Source: Bacteriovoracaceae bacterium (GTDB taxonomy: Bacteria; Bdellovibrionota; Bacteriovoracia; Bacteriovoracales; Bacteriovoracaceae). From it: a DNA stretch of 64,000 nucleotides. The DNA is taken from positions 17,990 to 81,989 of the forward strand of contig JADHTQ010000004.1 of assembly GCA_016784965.1 (NCBI GenBank). Direction: 5' to 3'. The notes under the pieces are model-generated. The model saw only the letters and a list, made by a program, of their open reading frames with translations. It had not been told where the DNA came from and searched no databases. Position numbers and translations under genes: made by a program. The number at the start of each line of letters is the position of its first letter. Within the stretch, counting starts at the first letter, position 1. Shown here piece after piece: positions 12,601-22,030 of the stretch.

Positions 12601-13912
12601 TATCTCTGTCTCTGATATATGCCCACACGGTAACCGGAGTCGAAGATTCTGTGGTCGTTGTGTTTTTGTTAAGGTTTGGCATTATATTTAGATAAAATGG
12701 ATGCAGGGATGCATCTGCAGTCCCGACATCATTAACGTTAAATAATCTGCCCCACCTTTGGCCTTGATCAACACAAATACTTTCATTTTCTAAGGTGGGA
12801 TCTACACAGCCTTCTCCGGCAACAATTAGGGGTATTATTCCCCACGAGGCAGTTATGTTATTTAAATCTACAATTTCACGGGAGGTATCACTAGTGGCTA
12901 TTAGTACTTGTAAGTCTTGCGAGTCTTCGGATGGACCACCACCTTCGTCAATACCAAAAGGGTGAGCAAAAAGCATTGTATCTTCATCGGTGATAACATT
13001 GTAAATTAGAGAATCTCCTGAAATTAAATTCACTATTGAGGGAGGATCAGAGTTTGGTGGCTCTATGGATACAATCAAATCCGAGCGATCATACCAAGTT
13101 TGGCCATTATCATCAGTGACAACTATTGTGATAGTGACGGGGCCACTGTCAACAGTGTTAACATTGGCGTCTGCAGGATTAACGGTTAGGGTTATAGGGG
13201 TAATATTGGCGTCAAGGTTACCATCACTTAAAGAATAGGTACCATACTCTGATTGCATTGCACCTACCATCAGGTCTGACACCTTAATAATGTCTTCATT
13301 GCTGGATGAAATTTTTAGGCCCAAGCTTTGAACATCTTCATAAGGGCCTCCTCCCTCATCAACCTTGAAGGTAACAGAACCATTTGCACCCTCTGCAAAG
13401 CCAAGGGTACTGGGCAAATCTGAAATCGTTGGGGCATCATTTACGGAGATTATATTTATAGTGACAACAGCAACCTGCTCTGAACGCATCACACCGTCAA
13501 AGACCTTGTAAGAAAAAGAAAGCTGGCCAAAAGCATCCCCTACAGGATCATAGGTGCAGTTTCGACTATAGCGGTCAACAAAGTTCAAGCAGCCTGTCAG
13601 CTCATTAATTAGTGGTGGCCAAAATAGTTCATACTGGAGAAGACCATAAATCGAACTGGTTCCAGCTTCTAGAGGAAATGATATTGCCGTATCTTCATAC
13701 GTATTAAATACTTGATTATTGCCAACAGTAGGAGCGATCCAGGAAGGTTGTGGAGCAGGTGGATCAATTGGCCCTCTATTGGGATCAACTTCATCCAGTC
13801 CTTTATTTTGAGTTTTATCAACCAAGCACCCCTGTAAAATTAGGAACATCGCAAGTATTAGGGAAAAGGTTTTTACCAAATTAATTTGTCTCATTCTTAT
13901 ATTTTCCGACAT
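6644..13912 (-). CDS. giant surface lipoprotein: 9 cadherin-like repeats + FGE-sulfatase-type domain + LVIVD beta-propeller repeats
   Basis: Continuous 2460-codon ORF. The likely start is the ATG at 13912 or 13894 (MSENIRMRQINLVKTFSLILAMFLILQGC, a signal peptide with a lipobox-like LQGC). Nine repeats each carry a xNDxPT boundary motif and a DEGGGxxED.Q core. RYGVQDMVGNVKEWTSDR and the terminal GFRCATP are FGE-type motifs. There are five to six LVIVD-like strands. Confidence 0.85.
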   Translation of the reverse strand: MSENIRMRQINLVKTFSLILAMFLILQGCLVDKTQNKGLDEVDPNRGPIDPPAPQPSWIAPTVGNNQVFNTYEDTAISFPLEAGTSSIYGLLQYELFWPPLINELTGCLNFVDRYSRNCTYDPVGDAFGQLSFSYKVFDGVMRSEQVAVVTINIISVNDAPTISDLPSTLGFAEGANGSVTFKVDEGGGPYEDVQSLGLKISSSNEDIIKVSDLMVGAMQSEYGTYSLSDGNLDANITPITLTVNPADANVNTVDSGPVTITIVVTDDNGQTWYDRSDLIVSIEPPNSDPPSIVNLISGDSLIYNVITDEDTMLFAHPFGIDEGGGPSEDSQDLQVLIATSDTSREIVDLNNITASWGIIPLIVAGEGCVDPTLENESICVDQGQRWGRLFNVNDVGTADASLHPFYLNIMPNLNKNTTTTESSTPVTVWAYIRDRDSGDPNFAPTYAGPAFLNWTINADNDSPKLVSVTPDLLRASEGADINFNIRVDEGGGEDEDGQRVQVTITAPNQAVVDSRAHIDVNDTRTNTFIEPDDEDANSSLISVKVTPGVNPDFEGTLNFTIEVDDGINKTIETRQLTWASIDDRPTIVNLSGDANILEDTSLIGHKFRIDEGGSSGENYQSLAIQVTSSNIQQIPTSAISAVWNGVTLSRSGDTPTETFFVGDGNMDALISDLQLNITPPTDATSTSLVTGNIEPVLITVTVNESNDNDDWPTSQKVSFNVTINPVNDPPTISDPDYTGEALTINEDDPNNAVVSFTTDEGGLDFENYQSLEFKLSSSNPSVFDINDVTASWNGSSIVADGNGVFAIGDGSVDSSNFPLRLELVANGEHVYSETPVSFTMLLKDSETMTWDPAEPGVVSKNFKIIVLDVNDEPTISSQENFNITIDEGITIPHDANLLIDEGGGSAEDSQSIFLRVYTSDSNFVSLSDIQAKWGGTTLLRSNTDPNYLVYYVGDGSSDANSSLLTLSFLPANPDINTTSQDPPTPVDLTICISDDGQVPDIDEDPNVTLRVTIQPVDDPPVFYEPNVLLNRNNIPEGSPVNFFLTLDEGGGADEDDQQVTIRITSSDQSVVNDELDINVGGSGSNVYTSTEAAGASTHDSDANIPVEISLSSNVDYNGTVEFKVELSDESATPRTFDVYQTFTIDWDPNDDLPTIALVPSDPNAFTILENNTLDVAFQIDEGGGVSEDYQGMKLKVTSTPVDNPNDTNMLDNFTLEATWGGTSMSQTSTTTVSYFTVNDRGLDANSASVQLKVTPNDNYSTQDTNGIIFTVDVCDQDGLPDPQCWDVNTVAAVFKLDVTSVNDKPTIARNTANDSYIVLEDEVFKTNRSSGIYLSFDVDEGGGIDEDIQGVEVRVSVDNPTLFPSDNIRVYFGKNRAMAWTNRINVNGTDFTDLIFDRATIDTNYIDDTNDLDPNYNVLDANDLSLMSGKMFLDIVPNTDLESGTHIGDANIIIEIRDDATPTEIVTETIKVSVQNAVATHGGWGFIGAIGSKRDANDILQDGDAGKAQLKFNWSDVIAYENIDDVITPVSSTGWAVYRSRKMAPDSNDNNFDFASPILILEDSASRTYSDTNLVDPDLTTGEVKWYRVRPVINGIITATNEVDLKSVRIVIPPPNKALIHRWSVNQEICGKIGRETDRFNHFRCEYSGPGNFREITDPASNGYTDYYDLGYDLLVDRFEAGCNFSGTTVCSGNGCLGVTDPSDNVVAQEADRFYYDRSTGECLTSISAGSTEWETIADVRRGQHDSTDPADMGAFINMQFNKAKLPPLTHLNQLEAQLMCNSTVNDLNFTQLSSLAFSARLLSRKEQIATTAWNSTDHASIANVEEEVCNTDLLDGLLFTNTNLPASGLGDYLPGIYSTGIRLVVTASTNTRSCVSRYGVQDMVGNVKEWTSDRIFCALEDGRYCSQVSEDFNEEYFLAGASDDFSFFSKGIPFRYSLGDPNVSQITGPCADVLDAEGKIEPDGVCDPNTAIGSWKIAEPQFDAKKFFLPMGLPADSQASPDFSTFLLTGEGATLPAENLHDDVYIFDTDKLLLDETTMPEPKLSYTIAATGGGTVQDVVVVNKNDGTEYAIVAEGLAGLRVYKTEDGSGVDSYTSLAGPALKLALVGTSNVLGAFGPDGIITMGLRDSASIFDSSNLNTYDTLGSAKDIIHQYHDGIGQDVAYVADDQGGLVILNVTQALLASGNTPQLLSTYIESQQALGVDVNGNLAVVADGVNGVVFVDITLPNAPVSDSNTIVSENATAIAYDVAMDANYAYVAYGVEGLMVVDLSSSPKEVVSTFSGYATNPDARYIEVKNNYVYISDRNNGLVIVNLIDRTVPHNAGLPIYQPQSPSWGLTLTSNDLFITAEVNGLEVLSLFPEIINPGVGGFVTGGSFRYDVEEPNEEPNKGNAGRYSLEVVSPYKYDSEEIGFRCATPIEY
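6650..9070 (-). other. FGE-sulfatase-like domain apparently interrupted by an LVIVD-repeat propeller (domain-level annotation of the giant CDS)
   Basis: FGE-like motifs lie N-terminal to the insert: LVDRFEAGC, RLLSRKEQIATTAW and GVQDMVGNVKEWTSDR. LVIVD-like strands follow (GGLVILNVT, NGVVFVDIT, EGLMVVDLS, NGLVIVNLI, NGLEVLSLF). The FGE closing motif comes only afterwards (TGGSFRYD...AGRYSLEV...EEIGFRCATP). Boundaries are approximate. Confidence 0.5.
9480..13456 (-). repeat. nine tandem ~130-aa cadherin-like coding repeats (boundary VNDAPTI/VNDPPTI/VNDEPTI/VDDPPVF/VNDKPTI; core DEGGGxxEDxQ)
   Basis: Nine DEGG cores counted: VDEGGGPYEDVQ, IDEGGGPSEDSQ, VDEGGGEDEDGQ, IDEGGSSGENYQ, TDEGGLDFENYQ, IDEGGGSAEDSQ, LDEGGGADEDDQ, IDEGGGVSEDYQ, VDEGGGIDEDIQ. 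Each is followed by a (S/T)S(S/T)(N/D)-type strand. The copies are divergent at the DNA level. Boundaries are approximate. Confidence 0.8.
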
Positions 13913-14030
13913 CGCGGACAATCCTCCGCATAATTTATCGGTATTTTTGGCATTTAACTTTAAAATCAAAGGGTTGTTGTGGCCCTGTTTGCCAATTTTT
14001 AAGTGCCTAGGGCCCAAACAAAGCATTTAG

Positions 14031-15383
<1,353 letters not shown>

Positions 15384-15397
15384 ACCGGAGGCACATT

Positions 15398-15934
15398 GTG
15401 AGTGTGGTGGAATATATTTCCAAAAAAGAAATTGATAAAGCTGTTTCTAGGTTAGCAAAAAAAATCACCTCTGATTATAACGATGAAGAGCTTGTTATAA
15501 TAGGTATTTTAAATGGTAGTTTTATTTTTTGTGCAGATCTGGTGCGTAAGATTCAGTTACCTCTTATAGTAGAGTTTTTGGCCGCTTCATCTTATGGTGA
15601 TAACACTACAAGCTCTGGTAAAGTTGATATCACCTATGACCTGAAAAAAAATATTTATGATAAACATGTTCTAATTGTCGAAGACTTAATCGACACAGGA
15701 CATACCATCAAATACTTACAAGAATACCTCAAATGTAGAAGACCTAAGTCTTTAAAAGTGGCAACCTTACTTACCAAACCTGCAAGAAGAGTGCACAACC
15801 TCAAGATTGATTATATTGGACTTGAAATTGAAGATCGCTTTGTAATCGGTTATGGTCTCGATTTTGCGGGCAAATACCGAGAGCTACCATTTATTGGCGT
15901 TTATCAAGAAGATGCTGATGAAACCCCTTCTTAA
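15398..15934 (+). CDS. hpt: hypoxanthine(-guanine) phosphoribosyltransferase
   Basis: VLIVEDLIDTGHT PRPP-binding motif, 178 aa, typical Hpt length and layout. GTG start preceded by GGAGG. Confidence 0.85.
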   Translation: MSVVEYISKKEIDKAVSRLAKKITSDYNDEELVIIGILNGSFIFCADLVRKIQLPLIVEFLAASSYGDNTTSSGKVDITYDLKKNIYDKHVLIVEDLIDTGHTIKYLQEYLKCRRPKSLKVATLLTKPARRVHNLKIDYIGLEIEDRFVIGYGLDFAGKYRELPFIGVYQEDADETPS

Positions 15935-15940
15935 GTTAAA

Positions 15941-17425
15941 TTAGCGGGATATCACACCTGATGCTTCAGAATGCTCACTTCTGGCCCTTTTTGATCTTGG
16001 CACAGACCAGTGTAATAGCTCAGCTTGACATGCCCTAAAGTCTTTTGCGTTTTTACATGTGCAAAGTAGCAGCTGGGATGTAAATGGTTCCCTTGTAAGT
16101 GAGCCACTATCTTGTGTACACCGAATTGGATGGGCACATAAATCACAATCAGACATTCCCTGTGTGGTATCTTTTGCTGGTGAAAAATCACTTACACAGG
16201 TATTACCTGGAAAAACGGGGACACCGCCCTGACAGGCCTTATCTGTTAAAAAATCTTCTTGAAAGTTACTAATGGCAAGCTTTTTGTTTACTTGCAGTGG
16301 TTTTAATTGCTCAATCATCTTTGGACTTGCATAACCGACAGTGGTTAGATCTTCAGTCATACCTCTAAGTTTTGCATGCCAGTTCACGCACTTAACTAAA
16401 ACTTTGTTACAACCCCACTCATTATTCATCTCTTCCACCTGACAGTTTTGCTTACTCATAAGTGGCCTCATAACCATCTGTATTCTTTTTTTCAAAGTGG
16501 TGCAAGGATCAGTATACCCCTTTTTGGAGGCCTTTCTATCAATTTTTTTATCACAATATAAAAGTACTTGCTGCCTTAAATTTTTAAACTTATTAAACTT
16601 ATCTTCATTATTTAAAATTTCATTTATAATTTCTTCACTGTTGTCTCCAGCAACTTCAGAGCAGGTATCACTAAGATTTTTATAGCGACTCTTGCGCCAG
16701 AAATCTCCACTTTTTGATAGTACACAAAATCCTTTTGTACCTTTGATACCAGAAGCATTTCGAATGAGGTTGCCCTTGGGTTTGTTGCCAAAAAGCACCG
16801 GATTACAGCGAATAGCGCCCTTTTTGCCACAACTTTTGTATGCCTGAGACTCAAGTTTTACACCGCTGGCAGAAAGCATCTGCTGCCTTTTACTTTTGAT
16901 ATTTCTATTCCATGGTGAGTAACAAACTCTATTGTTTGTAGTGGTAACAGATGGCCAACCCCCAAAAAAGCAAACACTACGACTATTTCTCGCGTATACA
17001 ACATCTAAAACATAACTCTCAAAGTAGGTGGTCACTTGCTCAGCAGTACTGGGGATGTGTGGTGTAAACTCACCTTTTTCATACTCTATGACAAAATCAA
17101 CATAAGCTCGATGGAGTTTTGCGAGCGCTGGTATTTTCATGGCCCGAATAACTGGATCGGGCAAATCTAAGTAATCAAACTTGTGAGGTGGAGTAAACTT
17201 ATTTATAAACTGAACTTTTTGATTTTGATGAAGTTTATTAGTAGAAATAATATCTTTTCTTAAAACCTCGTATACTTGACCGCGATAGTCTTCAATGATT
17301 ACTCGTTTTTTATCAAAACTCTTAATCAAACCATCAACTATGTTTTTTTTGAAGTGTCCAGCAATGCTATGCTGGCAATTTACAACCACTAAAACAATAA
17401 GTAACTGCTTTATCATTTTTTTCAT
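15941..17425 (-). CDS. secreted cysteine-rich hypothetical protein
   Basis: Signal peptide MKKMIKQLLIVLVVVNCQHSIAG. Many Cys residues are spread over 494 aa, and no known motif is recognised. Confidence 0.5.
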   Translation of the reverse strand: MKKMIKQLLIVLVVVNCQHSIAGHFKKNIVDGLIKSFDKKRVIIEDYRGQVYEVLRKDIISTNKLHQNQKVQFINKFTPPHKFDYLDLPDPVIRAMKIPALAKLHRAYVDFVIEYEKGEFTPHIPSTAEQVTTYFESYVLDVVYARNSRSVCFFGGWPSVTTTNNRVCYSPWNRNIKSKRQQMLSASGVKLESQAYKSCGKKGAIRCNPVLFGNKPKGNLIRNASGIKGTKGFCVLSKSGDFWRKSRYKNLSDTCSEVAGDNSEEIINEILNNEDKFNKFKNLRQQVLLYCDKKIDRKASKKGYTDPCTTLKKRIQMVMRPLMSKQNCQVEEMNNEWGCNKVLVKCVNWHAKLRGMTEDLTTVGYASPKMIEQLKPLQVNKKLAISNFQEDFLTDKACQGGVPVFPGNTCVSDFSPAKDTTQGMSDCDLCAHPIRCTQDSGSLTREPFTSQLLLCTCKNAKDFRACQAELLHWSVPRSKRARSEHSEASGVISR

Positions 17426-17437
17426 ACATTCCTCATT

Positions 17438-18232
17438 TTAATCATCAAGGTCACCAACCCATAGATCATGGCCAAAACCGCGTCCACGTTTTTTATTGAT
17501 AGACTTGATAATCGCAATCTCTTCTTTACCACTAAAAGTTGACTTTTTTCCTGTAAATCTGGAAGACCCTTGGGGAGAGCCAACACAGCGAAAGTCCTCT
17601 AAAGAAGCTGTTTCAATTTTACCAGTTTGTATATTTTCCACAAATAATCGACTATGACCACTACCTCGCAATATTTCTTTGGCCCGATAGTTTTTATTTT
17701 TTGCAACAACTCCATGGCTACAAAGTAGATTCTGTCCAAGAGTACTAGTGCCCATATGCTTTGGAGACAGTGATATCCACTCACTTCCACTATAAATGAT
17801 TTGGCTATTAAATTGCTTTTGAAACTCATCTTCTAGAGTTGGCCAGTTAAAAGATGGGGTATTTAAAAACTTACAACCTCTTGATCTACCCATTAAGTAT
17901 GAACTTAAAGCACTTGGACAACTATTACTGGTTACCCTACAAGAAATCATACGATATGCTGTCGTACCAGTTGGTGCCAACAAGTAGTTGACTCTATCTC
18001 TTTTTTTTATACGAGCAATATTTTTTTTGCTTGCTGTACATTTTGCCATTCCTACACAAAACTTATTTCTGTTAAATTTACATTTTGCATTACTAGCATC
18101 TGTCTCACAGCTAACAAGAGACGGCTCTCCACTTGACCAACGACAACTATAAGCAGAAACAGAAGCAGCAGCATATATGGAGTAACTAAAAAAAATAGAT
18201 AGGCCCAAAGTAATTAGACATTTTTGCATCAT
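17438..18232 (-). CDS. secreted cysteine-rich hypothetical protein
   Basis: The start is placed at the ATG at 18232, 8 nt after AAGAGG. Signal peptide MMQKCLITLGLSIFFSYSIYAAAS. Many Cys in the mature part. Separated by 12 nt from the downstream Cys-rich gene. Confidence 0.5.
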   Translation of the reverse strand: MMQKCLITLGLSIFFSYSIYAAASVSAYSCRWSSGEPSLVSCETDASNAKCKFNRNKFCVGMAKCTASKKNIARIKKRDRVNYLLAPTGTTAYRMISCRVTSNSCPSALSSYLMGRSRGCKFLNTPSFNWPTLEDEFQKQFNSQIIYSGSEWISLSPKHMGTSTLGQNLLCSHGVVAKNKNYRAKEILRGSGHSRLFVENIQTGKIETASLEDFRCVGSPQGSSRFTGKKSTFSGKEEIAIIKSINKKRGRGFGHDLWVGDLDD

Positions 18233-18413
18233 TTTCATTTCCTCTTTAAAACGACTACAACAGTCGGTCTTTAACACACCCTCACCCCATAATCTTATGA
18301 CATATAATGATGAATTGCAGGAGGCAATATTTGCACATTAACCCTTAAAAATTGCCCACTGACAACATTGACCAAAAGCTGAGAATACAATACCCTATTA
18401 CTTAATACATCTC

Positions 18414-19328
18414 ATGGAAGAAGCGTATATGAAGGAAACCAAAATACCTACGGGCAAAGTACAGCTTGAATTAGACATTGAAACTCCTAAAGAAAAGGAT
18501 CGCAATTTTGATAAAGGTGGAAGAAGTTTTTACTTTTTTGACTTTGATGACAATATTTTAAACCTGTTAACTCCTATTGTACTATTTCACAAAGAGACCA
18601 AAGAAGAAAAGTTAATAAGCTCAGAGGCCCTAGCAAAAGAGGGGCAAAATGTTGGCAAAAGTGGGGAATATCAAAATTATGAATTTGATTATGACGACAG
18701 CATTGGTTCTTTCCGCTATTTTCGAGACCTTAAATTGGGAGTACTCGAGCGGCTTAGAGGAAGAAAACAATATTTTGTCAATGATGTCGCCAAAGCGTTG
18801 ACAAGGCCCCATGAGGAGTGGAAAGGTCCCTCATGGGACTACTTTACATATGCAGTTTATAACAAAAGACCTATTTCAATTATTACAGCAAGGGGCCATA
18901 ACCCGCGCACAATTAAAGACGGCATTAGGGTACTACTAAATGAAGGACACCTTACCAATCCACCAAACTACCTATCAATTTTTCCTGTAAGTAATCCCGA
19001 CATACGTAGACAATTGTTAGGGTATGATGGAATGGCCGATACAGCTGCCTTGAAAAAATTGGCCATAAAAAAATCTGTAGAAACTGCTATCTTACAATAC
19101 GGCAACAATCCCCACCATCGCTTTGGCATGAGCGATGACGACATAAAAAATATCGAGTTAATTACTCAGGCAATGGTTGATTTAAAAAAAGAGTATCCTC
19201 TTATGTCTTTTTTTGTTTTTAACACCAGTGGTGGAATTTGTCGGCGTACTGAAATTTTTGAAGATCACTTAGATATAAAAGAAGATGAGGTATTGGTTGA
19301 TGGCCACCCCTCTCTTTTTGATTTTTAA
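18414..19328 (+). CDS. hypothetical protein, possible HAD-superfamily hydrolase
   Basis: FYFFDFDDNIL resembles HAD motif I (DxDx[T/N]). IITARG resembles motif II and GMSDDD resembles motif IV. The start could also be the ATG at 18429. Confidence 0.35.
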   Translation: MEEAYMKETKIPTGKVQLELDIETPKEKDRNFDKGGRSFYFFDFDDNILNLLTPIVLFHKETKEEKLISSEALAKEGQNVGKSGEYQNYEFDYDDSIGSFRYFRDLKLGVLERLRGRKQYFVNDVAKALTRPHEEWKGPSWDYFTYAVYNKRPISIITARGHNPRTIKDGIRVLLNEGHLTNPPNYLSIFPVSNPDIRRQLLGYDGMADTAALKKLAIKKSVETAILQYGNNPHHRFGMSDDDIKNIELITQAMVDLKKEYPLMSFFVFNTSGGICRRTEIFEDHLDIKEDEVLVDGHPSLFDF

Positions 19329-19400
19329 AATTTGATTTAAAAATTATATTTATTGCTTTATACTTTGTAAGTAATAAAAATTCTTCAACTTAAGGTAGAG

Positions 19401-20648
19401 ATGAAGCTATTTCAACAATTTGTCCTCTTGAGTATCTTTGTACTATTACCCCGCTTTGCATATGCAATCATAAGTGTTCAGACAACAGCATCAAGTGGCT
19501 ACTATAAGGATATAAATCAACAAGAGCACGTTTCAATGTTTTTAAATTGGAGAGTAAATCACATTCACCAAAGTGGAATTGAAACTGTACTAGATTTTGG
19601 TTTAGACAACAATTTCATACGCGATAAATGGGCCATATACCCGTATCAACTCTATGTTACATACCCGCTTAGTAATGGTTTTGCACATGCTCCTTTTTAT
19701 AGATCTAGAATTCAGCTGGGCCGCCAATTATTGACTGAAGGGTTTGAGTTAGATGTAATTGATGGCGCGGTTATACCTTATTATTTTACCCCAGAATTTG
19801 GAATTAAGATATTTGCAGGTGGAGTTCACATCCCAGAAGAGACCAATTTAACTTTTGAAGACCAAATTTATGGAACCTCCATTTTTCTTAAAAAATGGGA
19901 TACTCTAATTCGCTTTGGGCCAATCATTAAGCAATCGAAGGTTAATGGTGGTTATAATGGCACCTATCAAGCATTTTTGTCCTTGGCCAAAACTTGGGAT
20001 CATTTATATTTGTCACCTACACTTCTACTTAAAGATCAGTGGGATATTGAATATGTTAAACATGACCAGGCTTTAGCCGAACTGCAATTATCTAGGAAAC
20101 GAAACTTCCTCGCTTTAAGTTATACATCTCGTCGATTAGAGTCTAATTTTTTAAAAGATCGAAGTTTTATTTTCAAGTTATTTTCAATCTCAGCGGGAAA
20201 AACGGCTTCAATCTCTTATCTATATGATTGGCCTATTCAAGATAATGTTAGGCTACAAATAAATGCCAAAGCAATGAAGGTCGACTACATTTCTCCCAAG
20301 GGAGAAGAAACCGGTGATAAAGAAGAGCTTAGCGCCAACTTGTGGTTTGATAAAATTAATATTGCTCCAGTAATCACTAGAATTTCTTCTTATGGTGGAG
20401 AACTTTGGGATTTTGGTTGTGTCTTTAAGTATGCCTTTAATCCCGAGATGGTTCTAAGGGTCGAGGGTGATGCTTTGTGGGTAGACAAAATTAATGGAAT
20501 AAAGGGATGGGCCTATAATGTAAGAAGTGGCTTGGACTTTGATATTTTACCGCGTTTTCGTACCAATCTATTGGTAGAAGTGCAAAGAAATCATCTTTTT
20601 GAATTTGATGTAAGGGCGATAGCATATGTTACGCATTTTTATTACTAA
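19401..20648 (+). CDS. outer-membrane beta-barrel protein (porin-like), first gene of the multihaem cytochrome operon
   Basis: Signal peptide (LSIFVLLPRFAYA), alternating amphipathic beta-like segments and an aromatic C-terminus (AYVTHFYY). AAGGTAGAG RBS. Confidence 0.55.
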   Translation: MKLFQQFVLLSIFVLLPRFAYAIISVQTTASSGYYKDINQQEHVSMFLNWRVNHIHQSGIETVLDFGLDNNFIRDKWAIYPYQLYVTYPLSNGFAHAPFYRSRIQLGRQLLTEGFELDVIDGAVIPYYFTPEFGIKIFAGGVHIPEETNLTFEDQIYGTSIFLKKWDTLIRFGPIIKQSKVNGGYNGTYQAFLSLAKTWDHLYLSPTLLLKDQWDIEYVKHDQALAELQLSRKRNFLALSYTSRRLESNFLKDRSFIFKLFSISAGKTASISYLYDWPIQDNVRLQINAKAMKVDYISPKGEETGDKEELSANLWFDKINIAPVITRISSYGGELWDFGCVFKYAFNPEMVLRVEGDALWVDKINGIKGWAYNVRSGLDFDILPRFRTNLLVEVQRNHLFEFDVRAIAYVTHFYY

Positions 20649-21258
20649 GCAACTGCTTACCATTAGTATGGTTGTTTTTACAAGTTATGCGATGTCTTTT
20701 GACGGCCATCAAGGACAGGTCCTATCTTCTTACCAAATACCAAAAATGGTAAAGCCATTATCAAAGCTTTTTTCACATAAAGCGCATATGCCTCATCTTG
20801 AAACACTCAATTTAACTTGCCAAAATTGTCACAATTTCTCTATTAAAAACAAAATTAAAGGACCACTGTCAAAGCCTGTCCAGGGACGATATTTAAAACC
20901 GGCAAAGGCCATTTGTCACCAATGTCACTTGGGTAGAATTTCTCTGCCAAAACGTAACCAGTGCACCCTCTGCCATAAAAACAAAAGCCAAGGATTAAAG
21001 CCAATCGATCACGCCGTAGACTGGGCGGCAAGACATGGTAGAATTGCTCAATTTGATTCAGACTCTTGTACTAAATGTCACAGAAAAAATGACTGTTCTG
21101 ATTGCCACCTGCACAGAATGCCAATGAAAAAAAATGTTCATAGAGCAAATTTTAGATTTTCTCACTCTATTGAGGCAAGGTTAAATCCACAAAAGTGTAC
21201 CAGTTGTCACCAATATGCAAGGTTTTGTATGAATTGCCACTTAGGAAAGGCCCAATGA
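20626..21258 (+). CDS. periplasmic heptahaem c-type cytochrome
   Basis: Seven CXXCH motifs: CQNCH, CHQCH, CTLCH, CTKCH, CSDCH, CTSCH, CMNCH. Signal-like N-terminus. Overlaps the upstream barrel gene by 23 nt. Confidence 0.8.
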   Translation: MLRIFITKQLLTISMVVFTSYAMSFDGHQGQVLSSYQIPKMVKPLSKLFSHKAHMPHLETLNLTCQNCHNFSIKNKIKGPLSKPVQGRYLKPAKAICHQCHLGRISLPKRNQCTLCHKNKSQGLKPIDHAVDWAARHGRIAQFDSDSCTKCHRKNDCSDCHLHRMPMKKNVHRANFRFSHSIEARLNPQKCTSCHQYARFCMNCHLGKAQ

Positions 21259-21530
21259 AAATAATAATTATTTTTATCAGCGTTCTAATTTTATCATGTG
21301 ATGTAGATCGACAATTTGAAAAGAATAATTTTGATACAACTAACTTAAACCTAACACAACAAAATCATCCATACGGATATGCTAAAAAAGAGTGCTTTTA
21401 TTGCCATGTAAGGTCCAACATTCATCAACAAAATACTTTAGGAACAGATCTTTTAGATGCTGCTCGCGGTTATACAATGATTGGTGACGTTACAAGGTGC
21501 AAAGACTGTCATGGGGACAATGGGCTATGA
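21255..21530 (+). CDS. small dihaem c-type cytochrome, lipoprotein-like
   Basis: ATG at 21255 forms an ATGA overlap with the upstream stop. MKIIIIFISVLILSC is lipobox-like. Two CXXCH motifs (CFYCH, CKDCH). Confidence 0.7.
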   Translation: MKIIIIFISVLILSCDVDRQFEKNNFDTTNLNLTQQNHPYGYAKKECFYCHVRSNIHQQNTLGTDLLDAARGYTMIGDVTRCKDCHGDNGL

Positions 21531-22030
21531 AAAATCGACCTTCTGCTTTAATCATAGTTCTTATTTGCTGGATTAATGTTTCCAGTGCTTATGGAAATAG
21601 CTCTGGGAGATTAGATCCTCATGGAAAAAAAGAGATTACATCTGTTAATTTTAATCAGGTCACATGTAGTATTTGCCATGAAGAAAACAAGTTACATACA
21701 GTAAGTGCCAAGATCATTTCTCACTGCCAAACTTGCCACAATAAATCTCCACATAGTGGGCTCAAAGAGCACCTAGGCAAAGATTTGACTAAATTGAACA
21801 TTGGCATAAAGGGCAATTTAAATTGCCTTTCATGCCATCGCCCCCATCGCTTTGTTATCAAAGATAAAAAGCAACATAAATTGATAAAAAGCAACAAATC
21901 TCCATCTTTAATTTTGCGACAAAAGTGGACAAAGGAAGAACTTGCTGACAATTTTATAGTTAAAGAAAACAAAACCCCCATGTTAAGAAGATCTTGTAGT
22001 GATTGCCACACCAAGGAAAATTTACAATGA
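21527..22030 (+). CDS. periplasmic tetrahaem c-type cytochrome
   Basis: ATG at 21527 forms an ATGA overlap with the upstream stop. Signal peptide MKNRPSALIIVLICWINVSSAYG. Four CXXCH motifs (CSICH, CQTCH, CLSCH, CSDCH). Confidence 0.75.
   Translation: MKNRPSALIIVLICWINVSSAYGNSSGRLDPHGKKEITSVNFNQVTCSICHEENKLHTVSAKIISHCQTCHNKSPHSGLKEHLGKDLTKLNIGIKGNLNCLSCHRPHRFVIKDKKQHKLIKSNKSPSLILRQKWTKEELADNFIVKENKTPMLRRSCSDCHTKENLQ

Noticed and set aside
9480-13456. RTX-type (GGxGxD nonapeptide) calcium-binding repeats suggested by the DEGGG motifs
   Set aside because: The motif recurs once per ~130 aa, not every 9 aa, and each unit is bounded by a cadherin-style xNDxPT linker. A cadherin-like or Ig-like repeat is the better reading.
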